Below, piece after piece: positions 52,166 through 64,000 of a DNA stretch of 64,000 nucleotides. The notes beneath the pieces were generated by a model, which saw only the letters and a program-made list of their open reading frames with translations, made no database searches and was not told the DNA's origin. Made by a program: the position numbers and the translations under genes. Source of the DNA: Eledone cirrhosa (lineage: Eukaryota). Positions within the stretch are counted from its first letter, which is position 1, and the number at the start of each line of letters is the position of its first letter. The stretch is from assembly GCA_964016885.1 (NCBI GenBank), contig OZ024756.1, positions 15,686,001 to 15,750,000 on the forward strand. Reading direction: 5' to 3'.

Positions 52166-55100
52166 CTGAAAAAAATACATTTTAAAAAAAGTTAACATCC
52201 AGAAATTATTTTAATTATCACTAAAAGCATTTTTTTTAATCACTGACATACATGACGGTGATTATATATATATATCATCATTATCATCATCATCATTTTA
52301 CGTCCACTTTTCCCTGCTTGCAAAGGTGGGACGGGTCCTATTCAGCATCCTTCATCATCTAAATATATAAAATCAACACTGGGTGAGCAAAACACGGTCC
52401 TCTAACCTGATTCTCTCCCAAATGGTCACCCCGCCCTACCCATGCTAGCATGAAAAATGGATGTTAAACAATGATGATGAATAGTATTAATAAATACAAA
52501 GACCAAAATCCAGAGAGGACTCAATAAGAATACATAAAACCATAGAGCAAATATTAGCACAGATTAAAAGTTTAAGCAAACAATTTCTGTTTTCACCCTA
52601 AAGTGAGATCTTTTGAAACTCAGAAGATCTCACCTTAGGGTGAAAGCAGAAATCGTTTGCTTAAACCGTTAATCTTTGCACATAATAAATGTGTGTGAGT
52701 GTGTGTGTGTGTATGGAAAGAAGCTGCAGTAAAGGAAGACCAAGAAAGACCTGATCTCAAAATGCTGAACCCCACAAATAAGATGAAGGAACATTACAAA
52801 TGAAGGGTGGCTGTGGTGTAAAGGTCGTCCAACCCATGCAAGCATAGAAAAGCAGACATTGAATGATGATATGTGTGTGAATGGGAAAGCACAGATGAGC
52901 TGAGAGAAAAACTAAGCATAAAAGGTATCAGATATAGTGTACTGGAGAGAAGACCGTGTTGGTACAATGTATAGAGGAGATGATTATTGGTGGTATCAGA
53001 TTTGATGCAATGTATGTGTAGAGATGATTATTGGTTAAAGAAGTGCCAGAATTTCCAAGAGGAAAGAAGTCATGGAAGATGAAAAAAATATGGGCAAAAG
53101 TAGGGGAAACCAATCTCCAAAAAGTACATTTCACAACAGTGATGTAATGGAGAGAACTTATCTAACCCATGCAAAAAAAAAGTTAATCCTTTCAATACTA
53201 TATTTCTAATCAAAGACACTGTCTTTGATTTTCAAATAGTTTTCAAAATAATCAAGAATTTCAAGGGATTTAAACTAACTTTAACTCTTCAACATTCTGT
53301 AAGGATTTAACAGAAATGTCTAAAAATAGTGTGTATCAATTTAAATGTTTATAGTGAACAGATTGTTGTGAAATTTTGCAGTATTAGAGTATAAAGACTT
53401 TAACCCTTGTTTAACCCTTTAGCATTTAAACTGGCCATAACCAGCCACTCATATTGATGTTAAGATATTATTCTCAAAATAAATAACATCAAAGTTTAAT
53501 AGATTCGATATTATGTGAGATAAAGCCTTTACCATGAAAATATAATAGTAAATATAGTGTAATGTAAATGCTAAAGGGTTAAAATAAATAGCTTCACATA
53601 AAAACAAATTGCAGTTTCAAGCAATTTAGAATCAAAAGAGTTAATTTAACGTACTGGCCATTTAGAAAAGTAGTTAGGTGTCATGTCAAAGTTTGTCACT
53701 GACCAAATAAGACCAGGCCAGGAACAATAATGACATCCACAAAACCAGAAAACATACTTTAGACTTTGGCAATATTATTAGACAATAATAATATTGAAAC
53801 AATTATTGATGTTCCAAATTCTATAACTATAAGTATAAATACAGTTTCAATGTTAAAAAAAGTATGAATTAGACAATACCAGAATACAGGTGGCCTAGAT
53901 TCTTGGACCATGTGTTCTTGAGCAAGACACTTCATTTCATGTTACTTTTCATTGTAGGACTGGGGACCCCATCATGAAATACAACTTCACAGGAGAGTGA
54001 CTAAACCTACATGTGTGTGAGCTCTAACAACAATATTTGAGTATAGATAGTATGGGGCCCATATCATTAAAATACCAGAGAAACTTCCTATGAGATCCAA
54101 CTTCAGAGGAGGTTAATTAAATCTACATAGGTATGAGCTGTAACAGTATGTGTGTGTGTGTGTAAAACACCCATGAAACCATCTATGTAATACAACTGCA
54201 TAGAAGGCTAACTAAACCTAGATGTGTAAGTTCTAATAACAATATGTATATGTATTGATAGCACTGGGGCCCCTATCATTAAAACACCAAAAACCTCCTA
54301 TGAGATACAACTTCATAGGAGGCTAACTAAACCTACATAGATAGGTATGAGTTATAACTGTGTGTATGCACGTGTGTGTGTGTACACACACAAAACCAAG
54401 GTAGAAAGATCTATATACAAGCAAAGTTAGATAGAAAAACTTTTTCAGCTATCTTGTTTATACTCCCAGAATCAAAGTTTTTTTTCATTTAACCCTTTAG
54501 CATTCACATTACTCTATATATACTATTATATTTTCATGGTAAAGGCTTTACCTCACATAATATTGAATCTATGAGATTTTGAAAGTATTTATTTTGAGAA
54601 CAATACCTTAACATCAGTTTGAGTGACCAGTTACAGCCAGTTTCAACTGAGAGAAGTAGAGAATTCTGGTCGGTTTGAACATTAAAGGGTTCATTTTAAT
54701 ATATAATATTGCTTCTCAGAGAGATTTTTCTTTCATTGAGATGTTTGGGTATTAGTGACTAATTAACCTTTAATTAATACATATATATATATATATATAT
54801 AGTAATTAAATGTTAGCAAAAACAATACCAAATTCTTGAACAAATATATTTAATGGCTTACAATTGTTTCAGAAATCATATCAATATCCTGCACATTCAG
54901 ATGATAATTATCGATTATAAAATCGATAATAGTAAATGACAATAAAAAGAAGTTTGATATGGTCTCCTTTTCAGAGCCGAAAAGAAAAAATAAACATAAA
55001 AATTCAAAAATACGTCCCTGAAAATAGGTATGTGCAAAATATTGATATTGTTTTCTATATTAATGCTCTGCTTATACAATTTATCTTTGCTTGACATTAT

Positions 55101-55572
55101 TTCTCTTGCTTACTTACATCATTCGCAATTCTTGCATCTAATACACATTGAGCATGCTGTCCCCTTCACTAATGGCATAAAATTCTCATAACGAATCTCT
55201 TATCTCTCCTCAAGTAGTTTGTATGCATAATTTTTATATATATATATAATGAAAATATATATATATATAGTAACAATAATAAATGTGAAGACTAAAACCC
55301 AAAGAGGGCTCGATAAGGATAATATATATATAAAAATATATAAAACCGTAGTTTCAGAAGATCACGTTAAGAGTGAAAGCAGTAATTCTTTGCTTAAACT
55401 TTAATCTGCTTTTTTAAAGGTCGTTTTTTTCCATGGTTATGTCAATATTTATAAAACAAATCTTGTATTTTATCTGATGAAAGTGCACCAAAAATGCCTT
55501 GGTTGTCCTTGAAATATATATAATAAAACAATTATGGTTTTATAAATATAAATAAGTTTCCATTTATTAATT

Positions 55573-55612
<40 letters not shown>

Positions 55613-58600
55613 CTTTAGTGAAGGCACAAGGCTGTAGTTAGGGTATTTGGCTTGTAATCGTACAGTTGTGAGTTCGTTTCCTAGCTGCAAAAATGATTTG
55701 TACCTGTAGTTCAAATGGCCAGCTTTGTCACATTCTGTGTCACGCTGAATCTCCCTGGAAACTACATTATGGGTGCGCATGTCTGTGTAATGCTCAGTCA
55801 ATTATACATTAACTTCACAAGCAGGCTGATCCGTTGATCGGATCAACTGGAACACCCTCATCGTAACCGACAGAGTGCTTCTTTTTTTAAGGCGCATGGC
55901 TTAGTAGTTTGAGCATCAGGCCTGCAATCGGGAGGTTGTGGAGTTCGATTCTCGAACCGAGTGATGCGTTGTGTCTTTGAGCAAGACACTTTATTTCACG
56001 TTGCTCCAGTTTACTCAGCTGTAGAAATGAGTTGTGATGTCACTGGTGTCAAGCTGTATCGGCCATTGCTTTTCTCTTGGACATCGGTGGTGTGGAGAGG
56101 AGAAGCTGGTATACATGGGTGATTGTTGGTCTTGCACAAACAACCTTGCTTCGGAAATTTTCTAGGTGCAAATCCCATGGTCATTCATGGCTGAAGGGGC
56201 CTTTACCCTTTTATATATACTCTAATTTTTTGTGTAATGTATAATGGTTTTGTACATAAAGAATGTCTTGTTATGAGGTTTTATGTAGTAGATGTCCTTA
56301 AAAGTCAATGTTGTTTAGTCCCTAACTCTAACCCAGATCAGCCCTAAGAGAGATAAGATCAATTGAATCAATCAACAAGATACCAGACCTCATTTGCTAA
56401 CCATGTGGGGCGGAACTTGTCAAATTGGACTAACGAAACAATGTTTCTATTGCTGATACTATCTACTGGTTGCAATACCTGGCAGAAAGAGCAACATGAA
56501 AAAGTTTCTTGCTTAAGGATATAATGCAATTCCAATTCATGAACCGGTCGATGCAACTCCACAACTGAGAAGCCAATTTTCTAATCACTAAACCATGAGC
56601 CTATAATCAAATACCATTCCAATCATGACCAACCATACTGTTTTATTTTTAGAATATTGTACAGTGGAAAGCATTATTACAATGTCTTTATAATAAGGTT
56701 GTATGGACAGGGATAGGGAAATTGTGGCACTTTCACCTATCACCAGTGGCACAAAGGCACTTTTAACCCTTCAATAACTTAACAAAACTATGAGCGGCCA
56801 GTTACAGCTGGTTTAAATGCTAGAGGGTTCAAGCAACTTCAGTTAAGATTCAAAACCAAAAATTGTATATAGTAAGAAACAAGTTAATTAAATCCATAGG
56901 GATTTTTGTTTATAATAAATCATGCAGTTCCAATAGTTTTAATTTTTTTTTAAGTTAAAAGTGGCTGTTCAGGTTGAAAAGTTTCCCTACCCTTGTAATA
57001 GGGGTGAGAGTTGAAAGAGGTTTAACTCAACTAACAGATTTAGAAAGCTCCCTTGTCAGCACAGTAAATCACTAATTAATAAGCGCAGGCATTAATTACT
57101 GCCCACAGGTCAGCCGTCTGTCTATAATAAAACTCCACAACTAGGACAACAATGACACCGGCCAACAATTTGAAAGAAGTTATTGACAAAAAAATAAAGA
57201 TGAGCGATATAACTAATATAGCATAATTCAGAATATAGATAGACCCATGGACCCATCTACAATATATTTTGTAAAAAATAGTCTCACTAAAAAAACAAAA
57301 GCACTGTATGCTGATTTGGTGCCAAAATAACAAAAGCACTTAGTCCATCCTAAGGTGGTCGTGCTGTTGACACAACAAAAAGTACCCAGTCCACACTGTA
57401 AGGTGGTCATGCTGTTAATACGACAAAAAGCATCCAGTTCACCCTGTGCGGTGGCCGTGTTGCTAATACGACAAAAAGCACCCAGATCACTCAGTAAGGT
57501 GGTCGTTTCAGTGCCACAATAAAAACACTGTAATGTGGTTGGTGTTAGGAAGAGCATTCAGCCATAGGAACCAAGCCAAAATACAAATCTGTATGAGCAT
57601 GATGCAGTCTCCAGACCTGACCTGACTCATAACATGACAACCTGTCTAACTCATGTAAGCATGGAAAATGGACATTAAACAATGATGATGTGATGCGGGT
57701 GGTAGATTGGTAGACCATCATAAATACCATAGCAGTATTTGTTCTGGCTTTTTACATTCTGAGTTCAAATCCTGCCAAAGCCAACTTTGCCTTCATCCTT
57801 CCAAAGTTTGATCAAATGAAATACCAGTCAAGTACTGGGCTTAATAAACTTTGCTGGCTTTGTGCCTAAATTAGAAATCAGCATTATAAGCTGTGTAAGA
57901 GCGTTACATGTATGTATTTCAGAGTTACTACTCATCATCAGCAGTCAGAAGTACTGAGATATGAAAGAAATTGTATAGATTTAGACCTTTATTTCAAATA
58001 AGGATGTTTAACCCGAGGCCAAGGCCACGTGTGTTTAGGAAGGTGGAATAATACAGGAGATTACTACCAAGAATTCCTTTTAAAATAAATTTCCAATTAC
58101 CCCACTTCCCCAAGGACTACAATTAATCCTATCTCAGATTGTTATACAGAACGAAGAAAGAATAGCTACCCAATGGTGTGTGCAGAAACATTAACAATGC
58201 CTCGGTATTTGTACCAGTTCACTGCGCTCCTAGTTTCAAATGCCTTGGCGATCAACTTCGCCTTTCGTCCTTCCGAGGTCGATAAATGAACTACCAATCA
58301 AGTACTGGCGGTTAACTATTTCTCCCTTCTTCTAGAAGAAATCTCTTGTTTCGATTTGGAGTGAAACAGGTTCCACAAGGTTTTAAAATAATTCCTAAAA
58401 CACGTCGTGTAGACACTGCGTCCTTACGATGCCATCCGGTTTTTTTGTTTTTTTTTTATTTACGATACATTGGAAACTTAGCAACAGGGACATTAATGTA
58501 ATTAATGTAACTGTTAAAAGAATGAAAGAGCATGGGATTCACAGATGATGCTATCTTATTGCCATCGACATGAAATTCTAAAAAGTTGACAGACCATAAA

Positions 58601-59476
58601 GGCTATAAATGGTTAGACGGAACGGTAAATAAACAACCCAACCAATTTTTTTAGAAACATGCTTTTAATATACTTAAATAATTCAGTAAGTTTACAGCCT
58701 ACTAACATCTCTTGAAAACGGATCAACTATATATATACCATTTTTACTGACTATATATATAACACATGTGAACAGTTAGCGACAAAGTTCCAACATGGCG
58801 CTTAATTCTTTAAATTTTACGATAACAGCTGAAACGAAGTAAAAATTTGTAATCATCACAACAGAGTGTTAATAAAAATGGTTAGATGTTTATATTTTAT
58901 AAACAATTCATCTAACATTTCCACTAAAGTTTATTTGCAAACGAACGTTAACTTTTTACTTTATTAATAGAGAAATTTTGTAGAGTAACAAGTAAAATAA
59001 CTTCACAGATTTACCAAACTCCAGCTTTCACCCACGTGTCTTTTAAACTAAAACTATTTTTGATTAAACCAGGCACACACAAGCTATATATTTTTTATCT
59101 AAATAAAATACATGAGAGTAGCTGTTTTTCGTGAGTAAAATAACTATTAAAAGAAAATACTTGGAAGGGGAAAAAGTGACATCGCTAGAGATAAAAAATA
59201 TATACTTTTAAGCTATATATATATACTTTCTACAGCTGGTATCTAAATCTTATATATCTATCTCTATTCTCCTTCAAGATTGATGATTATATATATATAT
59301 ATATATAAGATTTAATATAGAAATAGCTTGCTTCATTCGAAGGAAATTATCAGGGCTTTTGAGTGAAACAGTTCTAGTCCTGTAGAAGCCATTTCTATTT
59401 TAAATACTGTATATACTCTATGTATTGAATACCTTTTTGTGGTTACCCCCGATTGAACATGCGATTCACGCACACA

Positions 59477-59508
<32 letters not shown>

Positions 59509-61029
59509 ATATATATATATATATATATTATAGATGGGCAAATCTAGTTGGGTTATTAAATAGAAGAGATTTAAAGTAACTTCAATTAACCGAAATTTGT
59601 GAGAATAAGCAAATAATCTTCACATCGAAATAGCAATTTTATAGACAAATAAAAAGAAAAGAACTACTTATAGATAATAGGCAACTAGGCAACTAAACCA
59701 TGTTTGTTATTTGTGTAACTAACAAAGTTTATATTTATATTAAGATATAATTAAATAAAAGAGATCTGGACTAGCATAAATAACTGGAGTTGTTGATGCA
59801 TAAATAAGTGAATTCTCCACATTACATTTATAGATGAACATGCTTTTAGATAAAACCTAACAAGCCATGGATGTTATTACCACGAGTTAAAGTAATTAAG
59901 TTAACACTAACAGGAATACCTAAATATATTGAATCCTATATAATCCTTCCTTCTCATCCCATCCTCAAATCTGACTGTCCAGGGTCATTTACATAATATA
60001 ATAATCAACTATAATTATTTTATACAGCAAACCCCATTATAATTATCTATTTCTATTTTACAGCAATATATGTATTCCGATCATGCTTACATAAGTTGGT
60101 TAAGTTGTTTTTAAATATTTTTTTACTTTACATAGCGAGGCTAAGCCTCTCGGTTTTCAACAAGTCTTGAGAAGAAAGACAAGACGAGGCAGTTTTAGTT
60201 AGTGAAATACAAAAACGTGCGGGGATAAGAAAAAGCTTGTTCTAATAAACATACATAGGTTTAAAATATGTACTGTAGAGAAAATTGGTTGAGGTGGGGA
60301 GAGCAATGTTAGGTAGAAATATGAAGCAAGTATGATAATGGAGAAGGGGGATACGATAGAAAGAGCTACCTTATTTGCTTCATATACTTTTATATCTATG
60401 TTATATATATAAGCAGAAGGGAGATATATATATATCTATATATATATACACACACACATCATGTCACTACGCTATACTTAATAGGGTGAAGAAAAAACGG
60501 ATAGGGGGATTTGGACAAGCGAGGATAGTAGAATTGTGTCTTAGTCGTCATTAGAGTTTATTTAAAAGAATTATCAACTGGAATCGGTAGCTTTTCAAGT
60601 TAACGATGGTAACAGGCATCGTAATAGTAATAATAGTAACATCCATATACACACACACACACACATCGTGATCAGTTGTTGAGTGAAGCGGGGACACGCA
60701 TAAAATAACTGAGTTGTAACTTAACAATGAGAGACATCATACCATATATATATATGTATATACTATAAAAATGTTTAAACTCGATCAGCTACAAAAGATG
60801 TATTTTAAACAACATCTAAAACATTCCTAGACATCATGATACACCACGTTCTAATTCCTTTTTCTTCTACCCTACCCCCCACTCGTGTTATGTATAAACA
60901 ATAAATAAATAAGAAATACTACAGTATTAATCTGTTGACAATGAAAACTCATAAAACATGCATCGTTAGTAATGTTAAAAGTTGTTTTGTTCTTATCTGC
61001 ATGCAGAAAAATTAAAAAAATTCAGTCAC

Positions 61030-61047
61030 CTGAGCAGTTTTAGCCAT
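61030..61047 (-). CDS. USP10: USP10 exon 1 (MAKTAQ)
   Basis: aaacATGG start context, CAG|gtgact donor, phase 0 matching exon 2; resembles the short vertebrate first coding exon (MALHSPQ). Confidence 0.7.
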
Positions 61048-63073
61048 GTTTATAAACTGAGTTGTTACGACCAATCCATTGCCATTAGAGTTCACACTGT
61101 AGCTATAATGTCCGACATGATGATAAGGTAAGTACAGAATGCCATCAACACGCATGCTCAATAAGGGACATAACTCCATCAAGGCGGTTTAACTAGGGCG
61201 AGCGAAGAGTAGATACCCCAGGATCAGTGTGGTCTACGGCCGGCGACAAATATATATATACAAATAAATATATATATATATATATATACAAGATTGTCAC
61301 ATTAATGGAACCTAACTAAGAGAAGACGAAAATAAAATTAAAAACTACACTAATGACAGAAACACACATATATATATATATATACACTGTCTCGCCTACA
61401 ACTGAAACATTTTCAAAACCTCATGGCTAGATAGTTAGGTGTGAACAAGAAACAGGGAAAGAGAACGGACAGAATTTCTTTTTTTTAAATAATCGCAATT
61501 TTTTGTTCTCTTAGAATTTTCACGTGACTCTCAATGGCGTTTTTATATTACTCAGCCATCCATCTATTTAGCATATGAAGAAAGTATATTTATATTGTCT
61601 AAATAAGCACGTGATTGGTAGTTATCATTTACGTCTTAAATATTCTCCACTAAAAGTATTGGAATGACCCCTTCCAGTCTTTGATAGCACACCTGAAAGG
61701 TTTACATAGTAATTCCGCGTGTGTATATATAAGTTCTATATTTACATCACAAAGTAAATAATACTTCTTAACGAATTTAAATCGCATTAATTTCATAACA
61801 CTTTTTAATAATTCAGACATTTTCTCGGCTCTTTTGTGCTTATATTTGAGTTTATGTAATTAACCATTTTTCTAGTCTTGAATGACAAATAAACAGAATT
61901 CTTTTTTTGTAAAGGGGGCATCAACCCTGATGTCATGCATTTACTAGAAGTTGCTATGTATAGTACCTAAGAGTCCTCTTCAAGATATGCACAGTACCCT
62001 TCATTGCTGCAGTTTGTGCCTCACAGAATTTTAGCTTAACTGATATCTTGGTCAGGTTGTTTTTCATGAAGCCTGTAATTCCTATTATTATTGGGATATA
62101 TTTAACTCTTTCTGTCTCTCTTGCCTTACCATATTGCTAAGAAAAAAATGCCTATGATTTTCAAATCTTTCAAACAATCAGGAATTTGCTGGGATTTTGT
62201 GATATAACTAACTTTCTCATTATTAAGCTGGTGTTTGGAACACAACAAAGGTTCTTGCATGAAATTATGATGAAATGTGTTAAGATAAATATCAATAGTT
62301 TAAAATAATCAGCTTTTTCTTCTAAAACCACAGTTGATTTCTGATGGTTTGTTATCAAAAAGGTTAATCTGGTATTTGGAATATAACTTAACAAAGAGTC
62401 ATACATAAAATTATGATGGAATGCTTTTAGATTCCTAGACCCTTTCAAAATATTTGACAAGTCATACTATGAGGTATGTCTATGTGGTTATATAGCTCCT
62501 AGCACTATTTTTACCTATGGGCTTCTTCGCCCACTTATTCCTGAGAGGCTCATTGGGGCAGAGTCCTCAAACATCTCCAACTGATCTAGCTGGATCCCTA
62601 AGTGTTACCAACCAAGCTCATAGACATTATCCAACCATCTTGGGTCTCTTGCCAGTTGTTTTGCCTGTAAAATCTGTCCAGCGATTCTTTCCTGAGACAT
62701 TCTAACCATATGCCCATAGTAATGGAGCTATGTTCTCTCAATTCCTATGGGCTTAATTATATAAATGGTTTAATAATCCAGCCACCATAGTGTTTCTCAC
62801 CCATGATAATCAAAGATAGATCATACATCTGAAGAAGTTTTTTTCTCTCTCTCCAATGATAGTTTATCTGACTTTGATAGAAAGTGTTCCTAGTCCAGGT
62901 GGCGGCCATAGTACATGTCATGCTTGCCATACCCTAGTTACACCTCTGAGTGTTGGTGATTTACATAATAAATGCACCCAATGCACTCTGTAAAGTTGAT
63001 TATCCAGGACATCCAACTATAGATAACTCATTAAACAAAGGATTGGAAGGATTCTTCTGCTGTGCTAGTTATG

Positions 63074-63299
63074 TTAACCCTTTAGCATTTAAACCAGCCA
63101 TATCCACCCAGAATTCTCTCACCTCTTTCTGTTCAGACCGGCTGTAACCAACTGCTCATACATATGTTAAGGTATTGTTCTCAAAATAAATTTCAAAATC
63201 TCATAGATTCGATACTATGTGAGATAATTATGTGAGGTAAGGCCTTTACCATGAAAATATAATAGTACATATAGAGTAATATAAATGCTAAAGGGTTAA
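63074..63299. mobile_element. piggyBac-type MITE family 1 (about 200-225 bp), representative copy
   Basis: TTAA-CCCTTTAGCATT...AATGCTAAAGGG-TTAA; related copies near 9537, 23500-23722, 25965, 37724-37926, 38401-38614, 40833, 41223, 43852-44052, 51108-51307, 53411-53582, 54489-54693. Confidence 0.8.
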
Positions 63300-64000
63300 A
63301 GATATAACAATCTTCCTAGAGCTGGTGCCATGATAAAATGCACTCAGTAGAGTAGGGGAGTGCTTTGTAAGTGAGATGCTAGTCTATAGTGGTCCATGCC
63401 CCCCCCCCCCCCCCCCTGAACACTTGCTAAAGTGCAGGAACATAAGTAAGGGAGATGCATGCCTCTTGACTTATCTGAGGGATCAGTAGCTGGGAAAAAC
63501 AGATGTTAAATGATAATGATGATAAACACTATAAAATAAACACCTTTGTATCATAAAACCAGAGGTGGTTCTAAGGGCTTTAGTATCAAAATGATTAAGT
63601 TGGTATTTGGAACATAAATTAACAAAAGTTTTACATAAAATTATGATGGCAGGTGATGGAAGGTTTTTTTTTTATAAATATAAACACTTTAAAGCAAACA
63701 GCTTTGTTCCATAAAACCAGAGGTGGTTTCAGGGGGTTTGGTATCAAAACCAACTGGCAGGAAACCCAGAGCAAGATGGTTGGATAACACCCATGAGCTT
63801 GGCTGGTCTCACTTGGGGATCCAGCCGGATCAATTGGAGATGGTTGCTTCTGACAGGACCTGCTAGAAGAAATGTTTCAAGACTCTGCCCCACAACTCTC
63901 TCAAGAATAAGAAAAGGAAGACTGTATAATTGAACAGCCAATATTCCACAGTCTGTTTGGAAGAGTGTTTGGCACAAGTTTCACCAAAGAAGGCTTGCTT

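Noticed and set aside
61116-61200. ATGATGA as a possible C/D snoRNA box C
   Set aside because: No box D (CTGA) or terminal stem at a suitable distance

Overview
Eukaryotic, very AT-rich DNA full of microsatellites and SINEs; the repeat landscape suggests an octopus or other coleoid cephalopod (inference). Two intron-rich genes lie tail-to-tail. On + are the last three coding exons of a beta-lactamase/serine-hydrolase-family protein with a hydrophobic C-terminal tail (5621-13734). On - is a complete 15-exon USP10 deubiquitinase (61047->28972, about 955 aa by manual splicing) with one GC-AG intron and one U12-type intron. The rest is repeats: a Chapaev3-like DNA transposon, an internally deleted piggyBac and its TTAA-flanked MITEs, LINE fragments, two tRNA-derived SINE families, several minisatellites and many foldback palindromes beside (TA)n tracts. 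Most notable: (a) a 47-bp minisatellite amplified from a USP10 exon/intron junction, each unit carrying a candidate frame-preserving 18-nt microexon; (b) further local duplications of USP10 splice and stop boundaries; (c) about 10 hammerhead-ribozyme-like motifs, many inside foldbacks and with shared non-canonical core positions. All coordinates were counted by hand; no searches or folding were run.
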